Shown: positions 7,764 through 16,056 of the stretch, piece after piece | Layout: the number at the start of each line of letters is the position of its first letter | How positions within the stretch are numbered: the stretch's first letter is position 1 | Source: Neiella litorisoli | Lineage (GTDB): Bacteria > Pseudomonadota > Gammaproteobacteria > Enterobacterales > Neiellaceae | Direction: 5' to 3' | Assembly: GCF_014773395.1 (NCBI RefSeq) | Contig: NZ_JACXAF010000009.1 | Span: 145,247 to 177,246 of the forward strand | Length of the DNA stretch: 32,000 bases | The notes under the pieces: generated by a model | Told to the model about the DNA's origin: nothing | The model's database searches: none | The model's input: the letters and a program-made list of their open reading frames with translations, nothing else | Made by a program: the position numbers and the translations under genes

Positions 7764-8687
7764 ATGGCCAGTGAGGCGAACCTGATGGATACAGTACAGG
7801 CGATTAAATTAGCGTTTTACGAAGTGAACGAGGCGGTTAAGGCTCTGCGTGAGTACGTACTTGAGCAGCCTGTTGTGGCCAGTCACTTTTTTGAAATTCC
7901 GCCAGTGGCTCGCGAAGGTATTCGCAATGTCACCACCGCGATTAACGTGACACCGGTTGCCATGCCCATTGCGGTGAGCGCTTGTACCCGCGCTTATGGT
8001 CGTTTCTTTATGGCCAACGATCTGTCGACAAGCTATTCCGGTTTGTATCCAGGTGTCGTGCAGTTGCCTGCTGCTTGCCGTGACGACTTGGCTGCATTGC
8101 TCTTGCAAGTTGAGCACAAAAAGCATCAGTTCAAAGCACTGATCACCGGCGCTCGCAAACAAGGTCAAGCGCGCTGGGAGTTAGTGCATGAACAAGCCTT
8201 TGCCGGCGAGCTGCTCATGACCTTGCATGTCTATCGCCAGATACCTGCCCTACTCAATGACAGCATCATTCAGTCTGTTGGCTGGACCTGGAAGCGCCAA
8301 CCGGTCAGGGAAAAAATGCCGCGAGGTGAAATGACCACACGGATCGCCATCCAGAAAGAGACTACCGATGATCCGCTGTTAGAGCAGGTGTTTGCCGACG
8401 CGATCACGGTGCTCAACAGGTTTGCCGAAGACCGAATGGTCTACAAGTTTTACCCTGATGTATTGGTGCCCATGGTTAATGTGAAACGCCAAGCCCCAGT
8501 ACCGGCCAATGTGCCCGCCAAACAGATGAAAGCAGGTCACTTGCCGTTGTTGATTTGTTCGGACGCTCCGATCCGCTATAACCTCATGCGCAGCTACGTG
8601 CCCAACGGTGGACGTGTCAGGAACGATGGTCGAGCTGCTAAATGGCGGTCTGTGTATTCGCCATTGTCACTCTACGTGGCGGATTAA
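7764..8687 (+). CDS. tus: DNA replication terminus site-binding protein Tus homologue
   Basis: The ORF is 307 aa; E. coli Tus is 309 aa. Blocks that align by eye: the C-terminus SPLSLYVAD vs PRLHLYVAD, ARWELVHEQ vs ARFEWVHRH, VGWTWKRQ vs FGWANKH, LYPGVV vs RLPGVL, and HLPLLI vs PTPLIA. An alternative start at ATG 7785 has a GAGG 8 nt upstream. Confidence 0.85.
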   Translation: MASEANLMDTVQAIKLAFYEVNEAVKALREYVLEQPVVASHFFEIPPVAREGIRNVTTAINVTPVAMPIAVSACTRAYGRFFMANDLSTSYSGLYPGVVQLPAACRDDLAALLLQVEHKKHQFKALITGARKQGQARWELVHEQAFAGELLMTLHVYRQIPALLNDSIIQSVGWTWKRQPVREKMPRGEMTTRIAIQKETTDDPLLEQVFADAITVLNRFAEDRMVYKFYPDVLVPMVNVKRQAPVPANVPAKQMKAGHLPLLICSDAPIRYNLMRSYVPNGGRVRNDGRAAKWRSVYSPLSLYVAD

Positions 8688-8975
8688 GCATTTCTTACCA
8701 CCGAGTATGATCGACTTCAGGTGCGGTTGTAGCTTGAGCGGCTGATATTGGCGAAGTTACACGCCTTGAGCACACTCAAACCAAAGCCAACCAAGGATTG
8801 GGCACAGTCTTTTTTTGCTGCTGTCATCATTGCCGAAAACTCCAATCAAATCTGCCTCAGCTTAGGGGAAGTGGACAGATCGTGATAGTTAAGGAACGGC
8901 ACTTATCCTATGTTGTTAAATGCTTTTCTGATAAGTTCAGGAGCGAAGGAATCCACTCAGAATAAGGAATTGTTT

Positions 8976-9339
8976 ATGTTCAAAAAACTCTTAACCGGAC
9001 TCGCCATGATGTCGCTAGCGACACAAGTGTTTTCCGCTGGTCGCGCAGAGAATGTTACGATTAGTGCCATTAAAGTCGTCGATAACGCTGTTTTCATTAA
9101 ACTCGACGGGAAAGTAAGCGACCAACCAAAATGTGCAACCAACGTTGCCTACCCGTTTGCACTCTATACCGCAGGCGATATTTCGGCCAAGGTGATAGTG
9201 CTCAGAAGCAATGAACAACGAAAGCAAAGTAACCATTACCGGCTTAGGAAAATGTGTATCCACTAAAAGTGACGCGTTTCTCGATTATTACGACACTGGA
9301 AGTGAAGCGATTTGGGCGGTAATTGCTAGCGCACCATAA
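8976..9339 (+). pseudogene. Small secreted protein gene apparently disrupted by a frameshift (frame A 8976-9266, frame B 9211-9339)
   Basis: An AAGGA SD precedes the ATG at 8976, and the signal peptide is MFKKLLTGLAMMSLATQVFSA. After ...YTAGDISAKV, frame A runs into a basic low-complexity tail (RSNEQRKQSNHYRLRKMCIH*). The +1 frame continues with a native-looking end (AMNNESKVTITGLGKCVSTKSDAFLDYYDTGSEAIWAVIASAP*) that stops just before the terminator hairpin. Confidence 0.45.
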
Positions 9340-9350
9340 TAATAATCGAC

Positions 9351-9376
9351 AAGCCGCTGCCCTTCAGCGGCTTTTT
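9351..9376 (+). terminator. Rho-independent terminator
   Basis: The stem pairs AAGCCGCTG (9351-9359) with CAGCGGCTT (9365-9373) around a 5-nt loop, and runs into a T-tract (9372-9376). It sits between convergent genes. Confidence 0.7.
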
Positions 9377-9391
9377 ACCCCTCTTTTTTTG

Positions 9392-10030
9392 CTAGCGGCC
9401 GATGAACGGGCTGACATCGACGATGTCCACCTCGTCTTTTTTTAGCAAATAGTAGTCACTAACCTTTTTCACTTCCGCGCCATACTTGTCCTTGATGCTG
9501 GCATGAATCTTAGTATGACGGCTGAGTACACTCGTTAGAGACCTTCCGCCATTGAAAAACTTCAATGGATATTTCGTTCCAACCACATAGAGATACTTTC
9601 GCTTTGACGTTTCATATTCAGCAAGCTCAAAGAAGTCTTTGAAAATGCCGTTTTGCCTGATGGATTCAGAGCCACCTTGCCAGTCAATGAACTTGTACTC
9701 AGCAATTCGTAAATTGGTTTCCAGATCGAATCTTCGCCCTGTGTTTCCCGCCCCAAGCGAGACACTTTCAACCAGCTCCCCCTCATCAAGTATTCCGTCC
9801 AGAGATTTGAGTATGCCTGCTGCGTGAATAATGACGTTGATCTGTCCGGCCAATCGTTTCACGCTCAAGGCAGAATCCATAAAACGGTCGTTAATCTGAT
9901 TGGTAGCACAAAAGTCCGCAATGTTGTCCTGAGATGCACCGATGACGTCACTTTCAATCTTGGCTAGGCTTTCCGTCAGTGAGTCGCCTTGAAACCGCTC
10001 TAAGGCACGCAATGCCTCTTCAATTGTCAT
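9392..10030 (-). CDS. PD-(D/E)xK-type nuclease-like protein (restriction-endonuclease-like), with no methyltransferase partner in the window
   Basis: In this 212-aa ORF, the segment GRRFDLETNLRIAEYKFIDW fits the D...E-x-K core (the D of FDLE, then E-Y-K 9 residues later). No neighbouring methyltransferase or specificity gene is present. AT-rich ORF-free DNA lies upstream. Confidence 0.55.
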   Translation of the reverse strand: MTIEEALRALERFQGDSLTESLAKIESDVIGASQDNIADFCATNQINDRFMDSALSVKRLAGQINVIIHAAGILKSLDGILDEGELVESVSLGAGNTGRRFDLETNLRIAEYKFIDWQGGSESIRQNGIFKDFFELAEYETSKRKYLYVVGTKYPLKFFNGGRSLTSVLSRHTKIHASIKDKYGAEVKKVSDYYLLKKDEVDIVDVSPFIGR

Positions 10031-10658
10031 GATCTATTCCGTTGATTGGTAAGTCACTGTAGAGGGCGGCAGGCATTCTGGAAAAATCCGCCAAAATTTA
10101 TATAACTTCATGATTATAGGGGTTTCGTACTCACTCAAAGTCGAATTTATACGGAGAAGCACCATAACATTCAATAACTCATATTTATCAACTGTGAGCT
10201 TTTGCAAGAGAACAGGTGCTCCCAACATCTCGAATGGTATGTATATACATAGTATGTACTACAGTACGAAATCATAATGTGATGATCGATTCCGTTGAAT
10301 AGCAGTGAAGGCCTGCAACTCGACAGACAGGCCTCCGTTTCCAGCGACAACTCAGTCAAAGCAGCGCAATAGGGAAGCTTCGCTACTTAACAGCTCCATG
10401 GTGACCAAAACCCACGTAACCGACAAACGGCCACAAATCTGCCCCAAACTGCACACTTCGGAGCATTTCAGCGTTTAAGGCCCAAACGGCACATCAACAC
10501 CTATTTCAGCACCGTTGAGCAGAGTTCGACATCGTTCAGCATGAGCCACAGCACAACCCGGCATAAAAAAGACACGTAACAGCATGAAATAACGTGAAAT
10601 TACCTAAATATGACGTAGTAAAAAGCCGCCCTTTTCAGCTAAATTACTAAGCATCGAA

Positions 10659-10865
10659 ATGAATCGAAGCAATGAAATTGAGAGCGCACCAATGAGCAGA
10701 ACCAAAGACCAATTTATCCAAGAGTTTGGCGGATTCGATGTTAGGGAAAATACAGTTATTACCCACGAAAGACTAAAAAAAGCAGCTGAACTGCAACGCG
10801 AGCCCTTAACGGCGGAGTCGTACAGACAAAATAGTGATCCAAAGAAATGGGGGATCGGCATGTAA
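10659..10865 (+). CDS. Possible small hydrophilic protein (68 aa, or 57 aa from the internal ATG)
   Basis: The ORF has a plausible hydrophilic composition (MSRTKDQFIQEFGGFDVRENTVITHERLKKAAELQREPL...), but the SD is weak. The antisense ORF 10604..10861 looks less protein-like. Confidence 0.3.
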   Translation: MNRSNEIESAPMSRTKDQFIQEFGGFDVRENTVITHERLKKAAELQREPLTAESYRQNSDPKKWGIGM

Positions 10866-11015
10866 GGTGTGTGGGTTTCACATTATCGACGAGTGTATTT
10901 GCCCATCATGAATCATATCTCTGCCTACTTAACTCAGAGCAGGCGGCAGCGAAGGCAAATGGCCCGCAAATGCGGGCGAGTGGATTGACTACCTTGGTCT
11001 AGAACCATGACGCTG

Positions 11016-11399
11016 TTAGCTATCCGCCACCCCAAGCTTTTGAAGGAACTCAGGGCCATATTTATATTGGCTGTTAATGCTGCTTAGTGAACCTGGGGCG
11101 TAAGGCTTAAATGGCTCGGTATAACTGCGGCGAATAAATGCGGTTGAACCGTTACGAAACTCAACATACAAACGGTCATCAGACATTACCGATAAAACCA
11201 GCGCGACCGTATCTACATGTAACTGGATATTGTACCCATGCCGGCGATGTGTTCTTGCAATCACAACATATTCGGGCTCTTTGGCGACACCGAGTGCATC
11301 GCAGAGCGCATCTTGCATCGTTTTTCTGTCACTCTTTCGGCGCAGATCAAGAGATTGATTGACAGCTAAAATCGTTTGGATGGTTTGCCATTCTGCCAA
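11016..11399 (-). CDS. Hypothetical protein (127 aa, TTG start)
   Basis: An AAGGAAA SD lies 8 nt upstream of the TTG at 11397-11399, and the gap to the upstream stop is 20 nt. No motif recognised. Confidence 0.6.
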   Translation of the reverse strand: MAEWQTIQTILAVNQSLDLRRKSDRKTMQDALCDALGVAKEPEYVVIARTHRRHGYNIQLHVDTVALVLSVMSDDRLYVEFRNGSTAFIRRSYTEPFKPYAPGSLSSINSQYKYGPEFLQKLGVADS

Positions 11400-11419
11400 G
11401 AGATCGTTTCCTTATTGCC

Positions 11420-12121
11420 CTAAGAGTGGGTATCGAGTTGTTGCTCCCAACGCATAGCTATGGTGGCGTTTTGCAGATCAGACACTGAATCTAGTGTGTT
11501 TGAAATTAGCGCCTTCTTTCCCTTGGCCGAACGGACCAACAACTCGCAGTATGGACGCATTGCTTGACTCTCTAATCTGTCATGAATCGCTTTGGATACA
11601 GCATTCATCTGCTCGGACGTCAGTGTGCAGCACTTGCTATCAACATCAAGCTGCTCAGGCGTAATGCGTGTTTTGTAAAGATTACGAACGACAGGTTTCC
11701 AGTCATACGAGACGGTTCGTGCTTGCACAGTAACAGCAAGCTCTTGATTATCTTGAGCCTGCATCAACAGGAAATGGATATCCGGGACAGTTTCCTCGTC
11801 TAATGCCAATCGTTTGGCTCTGAGTTTAGTTTTATGGTTGAGCCCTTCTCCCCAAGAGGAGTTCAACGCCATCTTTTCAGTCAGCACAGTAATGGCAAGT
11901 CGTTTGCGATCATCCATCACCGCAACGCAATATTCGTGCTTCTCAGGAATGAAAATGAGATGGCCAGAGCGAACACTCTTTGCATCGAAACTATGACCAG
12001 TACCTTTTAGCCAAACAAATCGGCCTTGCTCCAACATTCCCGTAAGCCAATCGGTGTCGACGCCAAACCTTGTTTCTAAGCGCTCGCTGGCATGGTTGTG
12101 TACTGATACATCATTTGCCAT
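11420..12121 (-). CDS. Hypothetical protein (233 aa)
   Basis: The internal ATG at 12119-12121 (MANDVSVHN...) has a strong AAGGAGGAG SD, which I prefer over the upstream start at 12151. No motif recognised. Confidence 0.7.
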   Translation of the reverse strand: MANDVSVHNHASERLETRFGVDTDWLTGMLEQGRFVWLKGTGHSFDAKSVRSGHLIFIPEKHEYCVAVMDDRKRLAITVLTEKMALNSSWGEGLNHKTKLRAKRLALDEETVPDIHFLLMQAQDNQELAVTVQARTVSYDWKPVVRNLYKTRITPEQLDVDSKCCTLTSEQMNAVSKAIHDRLESQAMRPYCELLVRSAKGKKALISNTLDSVSDLQNATIAMRWEQQLDTHS

Positions 12122-12498
12122 AACTCCTCCTTGAATGGCAACTCTTAGCAACTAGTGGGGGCGGGAACCATTAGTGTATTTGTCATATTCAAGGCGCCCT
12201 GTGCAATTGGAGAACTGTCGTCCTAACAATGCTTTTCAAATTCTTTGCGGTGTATGTAGTGGTTACTAAATCGATTATTTGCCTCTACTGCTTGCAGCTG
12301 CGCATTGCTTACGAAACCTTCAGCTCCAACCATTCATGGGATTGTTCACCGCATTTGCCATACACATACTGCATCACCAAACGCGCGGCAGGTTACGACT
12401 GAATTCCTGCCTCCACTGATAGAAAAGGTTTGTCATTAAGAGGAATATGCCTCGCACACCAACTGACTTGGGCCATAGTATGCAAGATTCCGACTTGT

Positions 12499-13083
12499 CT
12501 AATCGGTCTTGATCCAAAGAGGATTGTAGGTATCTGAATCTTCGTGTTGCTTGGTCAACCTTTGATCCTTTCCAACCTGTTCTTTACAGAGTGAATCCAT
12601 TTTACTTACTGCTTCAGAATAACCCTTAAGTTCAAAACTAATCGGCTGTTGATTTCCGATTTTTACAAGAACATTTTTTCCGCTGGATAACTGCTGAGCG
12701 AGCTTCTCAATATCGCCTTGCTTGTTGCTGTTAGTAGAACCTTCTTGCATGACTAAACGCAAATGCTCAACCTCTTTGTTAACTTCTCCGAGCTGATAGA
12801 AACTGAGCGTTTGATTAGAATCAACCCTGAATTTCAGGTTTCTAAGAAGATTACGGCTCCAGCCCTCTTTGGTGTCATGTATTACGACTCTGGGAGCGAG
12901 GTATTTTGCATATTTTTTGAAACCACAGGTCAAAGAAAGATATTTCCCATCAACTTGTTCGGACTTAAACGACGTGTATTTCTGGTCTGTGAATGGATCA
13001 GTTTTTAAGTTTTGCTGCCACTGAGCAACGGCAGAGTTGCTAACGAATACGAATATTGCAGGAACGATTAAACGTTTAAGCAT
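12499..13083 (-). CDS. Secreted hypothetical protein (194 aa)
   Basis: Signal peptide MLKRLIVPAIFVFVSNSAVAQ with an AGAGG SD. Confidence 0.7.
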   Translation of the reverse strand: MLKRLIVPAIFVFVSNSAVAQWQQNLKTDPFTDQKYTSFKSEQVDGKYLSLTCGFKKYAKYLAPRVVIHDTKEGWSRNLLRNLKFRVDSNQTLSFYQLGEVNKEVEHLRLVMQEGSTNSNKQGDIEKLAQQLSSGKNVLVKIGNQQPISFELKGYSEAVSKMDSLCKEQVGKDQRLTKQHEDSDTYNPLWIKTD

Positions 13084-13098
13084 GGTTACCTCTAAATG

Positions 13099-13350
13099 TT
13101 AAGCAGACGTTTTTGCTACTGCACTGAACCAAACATCTTCAGACCATTTTGCTGTGTTTTGACTTGTTCTGGCTTCTATTGAGCTTCCGATTAGTCCGTA
13201 TGCTTGTTGAAGCACTTGATCGGCGCTTTCCCTATATGAACTCCTACTCATTTTAAGAGATTTGCCTTCAAGGTTTTTGATATAGATGTATTTTTCATCC
13301 TCTGAAACTTGGGACAGGATGCCAAAGTGATTCCATTTATAACCGCTCAT
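13099..13350 (-). CDS. Hypothetical small protein (83 aa)
   Basis: An AAGG SD is present, with a 15-nt gap to the next gene and 9 nt from the upstream stop. Confidence 0.6.
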   Translation of the reverse strand: MSGYKWNHFGILSQVSEDEKYIYIKNLEGKSLKMSRSSYRESADQVLQQAYGLIGSSIEARTSQNTAKWSEDVWFSAVAKTSA

Positions 13351-13359
13351 ATGGTTGCC

Positions 13360-13569
13360 TTAGTCCTGTTCGGACAGTTTTTCAACGCTAAATGTTGATT
13401 TGTAATCATCAAACACCATGCCGCATTCGTCATTTTCAGTAGCCATCAGTGCGCCAGTGGTAGCCAACATTAAAGATTTTAGGACTAGCTCTTTCTGGTC
13501 TTCAGAAGACGAAAATCGTGCCTCTAAAACATTAATGACTTCATCAACTGCATCGCTTACATCTGCCAT
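13360..13569 (-). CDS. Strongly acidic small protein (69 aa)
   Basis: An AGAAAGGG SD is present. My hand count gives 16 D/E against 5 K/R (net about -11). Confidence 0.6.
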   Translation of the reverse strand: MADVSDAVDEVINVLEARFSSSEDQKELVLKSLMLATTGALMATENDECGMVFDDYKSTFSVEKLSEQD

Positions 13570-13584
13570 TTGAAACCCTTTCTC

Positions 13585-13764
13585 TTAAAAATCCAAAATT
13601 CCGGCGATTCTGGCTTCGCTAACCAGAGCTTCAACATCAAAAACAGGGGTTGGGTCTAAGTCGCCTGAATCATCTTCTTTCAGCAAAATTTCGAATTGCC
13701 CACCTTCCAGACCTTCTAAAATCCAGTTGATTAGCTGCAACTTCTTTTTCTGGTTGAGGCGCAT
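13585..13764 (-). CDS. Acidic small protein (59 aa), below the ORF-track cutoff
   Basis: Hand translation: MRLNQKKKLQLINWILEGLEGGQFEILLKEDDSGDLDPTPVFDVEALVSEARIAGILDF*. An AAGGA SD lies 7 nt upstream of the ATG at 13762-13764. The ORF exactly fills the gap between neighbouring genes. Confidence 0.55.
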   Translation of the reverse strand: MRLNQKKKLQLINWILEGLEGGQFEILLKEDDSGDLDPTPVFDVEALVSEARIAGILDF

Positions 13765-13778
13765 CGGTATTCCTTAGT

Positions 13779-14018
13779 CTATCGTTCGCTGATTTTTAGC
13801 TGCGGATTGTCATCTAGGAACTGCAAGCTCTTGTTGAGCTGATCTGCTAGTTCGCGTGCCGCCTCAATGCTGATTTCTTTCCGCAGTGTTGGTTCTGAAC
13901 CGATGTAATCACCTCCCCGACCAAACTCAAGCAATACGCTTTTGACGACTCGCTTGCCGTTCTGGTTATCTTCAAGTAAAGACGCTTCTACGACCTTAAC
14001 TGGTAAGCCTTGCCCCAT
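13779..14018 (-). CDS. Hypothetical small protein (79 aa)
   Basis: The internal ATG at 14016-14018 (MGQGLPVKVVEAS...) has an AAAGGAAAA SD and lies 10 nt after the upstream stop. The longer 13779..14084 version would overlap the upstream gene. Confidence 0.6.
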   Translation of the reverse strand: MGQGLPVKVVEASLLEDNQNGKRVVKSVLLEFGRGGDYIGSEPTLRKEISIEAARELADQLNKSLQFLDDNPQLKISER

Positions 14019-14028
14019 TAGTTTTCCT

Positions 14029-14391
14029 TTAATCCTGATGCTGGCTGACAACTGCCATTGCTTTTGATGCACTTGCAAATACATCTGCCCACTCTGCGAG
14101 AGAAAAATCTTTTGCTAAATCTTCAGGGCGCACGTTTCCCGAAGCTAACGGGAAAAGTTCACTCACCGTTCTACGTTGTTTAATTTCTCTAATAAGATCT
14201 GTTGCAAATTTCTCTCGGCATTTTGGGCAAGGTACAAACTGAGTATTTTCCCAATCTGTTAATGGTTCGGGACTATACGGCACCCGATGATCCATGCCTG
14301 CTATCCACCAAGCCACGCAGCAGTTGGGATAACCAAAAGCCCTGCCCAGAATGGCATACGACTCGAATTGATTGGGCGAATCTAGCTGCAT
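14029..14391 (-). CDS. Hypothetical protein (120 aa) with Cys motifs GYPNCC and CPKC
   Basis: Starting at ATG 14389-14391 (MQLDSPNQ...), which has an AAGGA SD, avoids overlap with the 51-aa ORF upstream. The four-Cys pattern FGYPNCC...VPCPKC may bind a metal; the family is not recognised. Confidence 0.6.
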   Translation of the reverse strand: MQLDSPNQFESYAILGRAFGYPNCCVAWWIAGMDHRVPYSPEPLTDWENTQFVPCPKCREKFATDLIREIKQRRTVSELFPLASGNVRPEDLAKDFSLAEWADVFASASKAMAVVSQHQD

Positions 14392-14404
14392 ATCGGGGGA
14401 GTCC

Positions 14405-14560
14405 TTACTCTGAAATTTCCACGTTGACGTTATAGCCTGGCAGATCAATGCCGTTGCTATCCAACGATTCAATAACATAATCTACAATGTCGCTCTGCGA
14501 CATTTCCCCAAGACCTGCTTCGATCAGCTCTGCCTTAGATGTTTGAATGATGATTTTCAT
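14405..14560 (-). CDS. Acidic small protein (51 aa), below the ORF-track cutoff
   Basis: Hand translation: MKIIIQTSKAELIEAGLGEMSQSDIVDYVIESLDSNGIDLPGYNVNVEISE*. It has 10 D/E against 2 K. It fills the gap between the stop at 14579 and the next gene. Confidence 0.5.
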   Translation of the reverse strand: MKIIIQTSKAELIEAGLGEMSQSDIVDYVIESLDSNGIDLPGYNVNVEISE

Positions 14561-14578
14561 AAATACCCGATTCCCTTG

Positions 14579-15244
14579 CTATCTCCAACTAGCAAACAAA
14601 GCTAACAATTCTCTATTTTTACTGTGCGCACGATTCCCGAACAACAGATTGTTTTCAAATTGCACTTGCTCAATACTTTCTTTTGACACCTTATATTTCG
14701 GCCCATCTTCTATTTCGAAGCACTCATAGGTATCGCGTTCCCCCACAAAGTTACATTCCCAAAAGAAGACCTCCTGTAACTCCTCTCCTGACTCAAAATC
14801 TGCCCAATAACTACCAACCATAAGTCCGCTTCCATCCTTATGCTTATCTAGCCAAGTAATGAGTGTTTTCCCATTTTCATTGTCCGCAAATGACGGCCTA
14901 ATAATCATTGGTTCACACAGGTTTTCTGTCCGACTGCTAACTAACCGCTCGTAATAGCCTACTTCGTCGTTAAGCTTAAGGTGTTCTATTCTTTCTTCAT
15001 AGCCATCCAGAAGCTTATCCGCCATGGCTTGAGGTACATATTGAGAAGAGTAGTTCCAACGCTGAAGTTCGAGTTGATCCCGCACCCAATAATCACTCAT
15101 TACTTCGCCAACATGTATGCAAGTAATGATGGCCTCTAACTTAAGGCGCTCTTGTTCGATAGAGGAGTGTCTAGAGTTATCGCCCAAAACAAAAGGGCTA
15201 ATCAAGAACAATAGTAACGATAACGTCATCAACGCTCTAAACAT
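14579..15244 (-). CDS. Secreted hypothetical protein (221 aa)
   Basis: Signal peptide MFRALMTLSLLLFLISPFVLG with an AAGGAA SD. Confidence 0.7.
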   Translation of the reverse strand: MFRALMTLSLLLFLISPFVLGDNSRHSSIEQERLKLEAIITCIHVGEVMSDYWVRDQLELQRWNYSSQYVPQAMADKLLDGYEERIEHLKLNDEVGYYERLVSSRTENLCEPMIIRPSFADNENGKTLITWLDKHKDGSGLMVGSYWADFESGEELQEVFFWECNFVGERDTYECFEIEDGPKYKVSKESIEQVQFENNLLFGNRAHSKNRELLALFASWR

Positions 15245-15276
15245 TGGGGGTTCCTTGTTAATTATTAGGCTGATAG

Positions 15277-15684
15277 TTAATAGTTAAATGAGCCACGCTC
15301 TCTTAGATCGAATAGTGCCGCTTTAATGATTTGAGAATTCGCATCATCTTTGATTGGAGATAAAAACAATGTTAGTGCGACTTCTTCAACTGCCCGCGTC
15401 ATGCCTAGCGCCTCGATTTGCGTTTGACTTAAATAGCAACAAACCGCCTGCTGCAAATCCGCTTGGCTATATGACTCACGCTCAATATCTGCTCCTTTAG
15501 ACACGCTGCTCTGATTGAGCACGTCGACGTCACATTTGACGTGCTTGCCAGTGATTGCGTGTGCAAACTGCTCGGCAGTGAGAGTGACTTTACACACGCC
15601 ATCACCTTCACGATTTTCGACTTTCATGAAAAACTCGCCGTTCGTGGATTTGCTGATCATTACAGCACCTTGCTCTTGGCCCAT
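15277..15684 (-). CDS. Hypothetical protein (135 aa)
   Basis: An AAGGAAA SD lies 7-8 nt upstream of the ATG at 15682-15684, 18 nt after the mazF stop. Confidence 0.65.
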   Translation of the reverse strand: MGQEQGAVMISKSTNGEFFMKVENREGDGVCKVTLTAEQFAHAITGKHVKCDVDVLNQSSVSKGADIERESYSQADLQQAVCCYLSQTQIEALGMTRAVEEVALTLFLSPIKDDANSQIIKAALFDLRERGSFNY

Positions 15685-15702
15685 TGCCGGTTTCCTTGTT
15701 CG

Positions 15703-16056
15703 CTAATCTTCAAAAAGTTTTTCTGCACCAATCAACGGGATCAGTCGCATTAACACATCATCCATCACACCACTTTCAGCAGTCGTGATCAGCTTGGCTT
15801 TTCGGTCAGCCCATGCCAACGTTTGAATCAAGCTAGCGGCAACCACCGACGGTTTATCTAAATTTTTCACCGGCACCTCAGTTGGGCCACCTCGGACGCT
15901 GGTACTAATTGGACAGATGATCACGAGGCCGGTGCGCTTGTTATATTCTTCGCTCGACAAAACAAGAGCTGGCCGACATTTGCCAATCTCTCGCCCTTTA
16001 GTTGGCTCAAAATCAAACCAAATTATGTCGTTGCGTTTGGGGGTAAATCCTGCCAC
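15703..16056 (-). CDS. mazF: MazF/PemK-family endoribonuclease toxin
   Basis: The N-terminal segment RNDIIWFDFEPTKGREIGKCRPALVLSSEEYNKRTGLVIICPIST aligns with E. coli MazF (GDLIWVDFDPTKGSEQAGHRPAVVLSPFMYNNKTGMCLCVPCTT). The GTG start overlaps the mazE stop as TAGTG. Confidence 0.9.
   Translation of the reverse strand: MAGFTPKRNDIIWFDFEPTKGREIGKCRPALVLSSEEYNKRTGLVIICPISTSVRGGPTEVPVKNLDKPSVVAASLIQTLAWADRKAKLITTAESGVMDDVLMRLIPLIGAEKLFED

Noticed and set aside
7809-8168. A 119-aa minus-strand ORF.
   Set aside because: It is antisense to the confidently identified tus gene.
8908-8921. CTATGTTGTTAAAT, which resembles the XerD arm of dif (TTATGTTAAAT) and part of the Ter core.
   Set aside because: The match needs an internal insertion. 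No XerC arm or central region (GCGCATAA-type) is present next to it.
10604-10861. An 85-aa minus-strand ORF.
   Set aside because: It has an odd composition and no SD, and it is antisense to a somewhat more plausible small ORF. It is probably non-coding.
12164-12179. GGAACCATTAGTGTAT, a gapped resemblance to the right-arm 15-mer TGGAACCTTAGTATA.
   Set aside because: It requires a 1-nt insertion and has further mismatches. A rigid protein-binding site would probably not tolerate this, so it is not counted as a motif copy.
13779-14478. The long versions of two ORFs (13779..14084 and 14029..14478) as given in the track.
   Set aside because: Their N-terminal extensions overlap neighbouring genes and lack SD sequences. 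The internal ATGs at 14018 and 14391 have good SDs and restore a non-overlapping layout.
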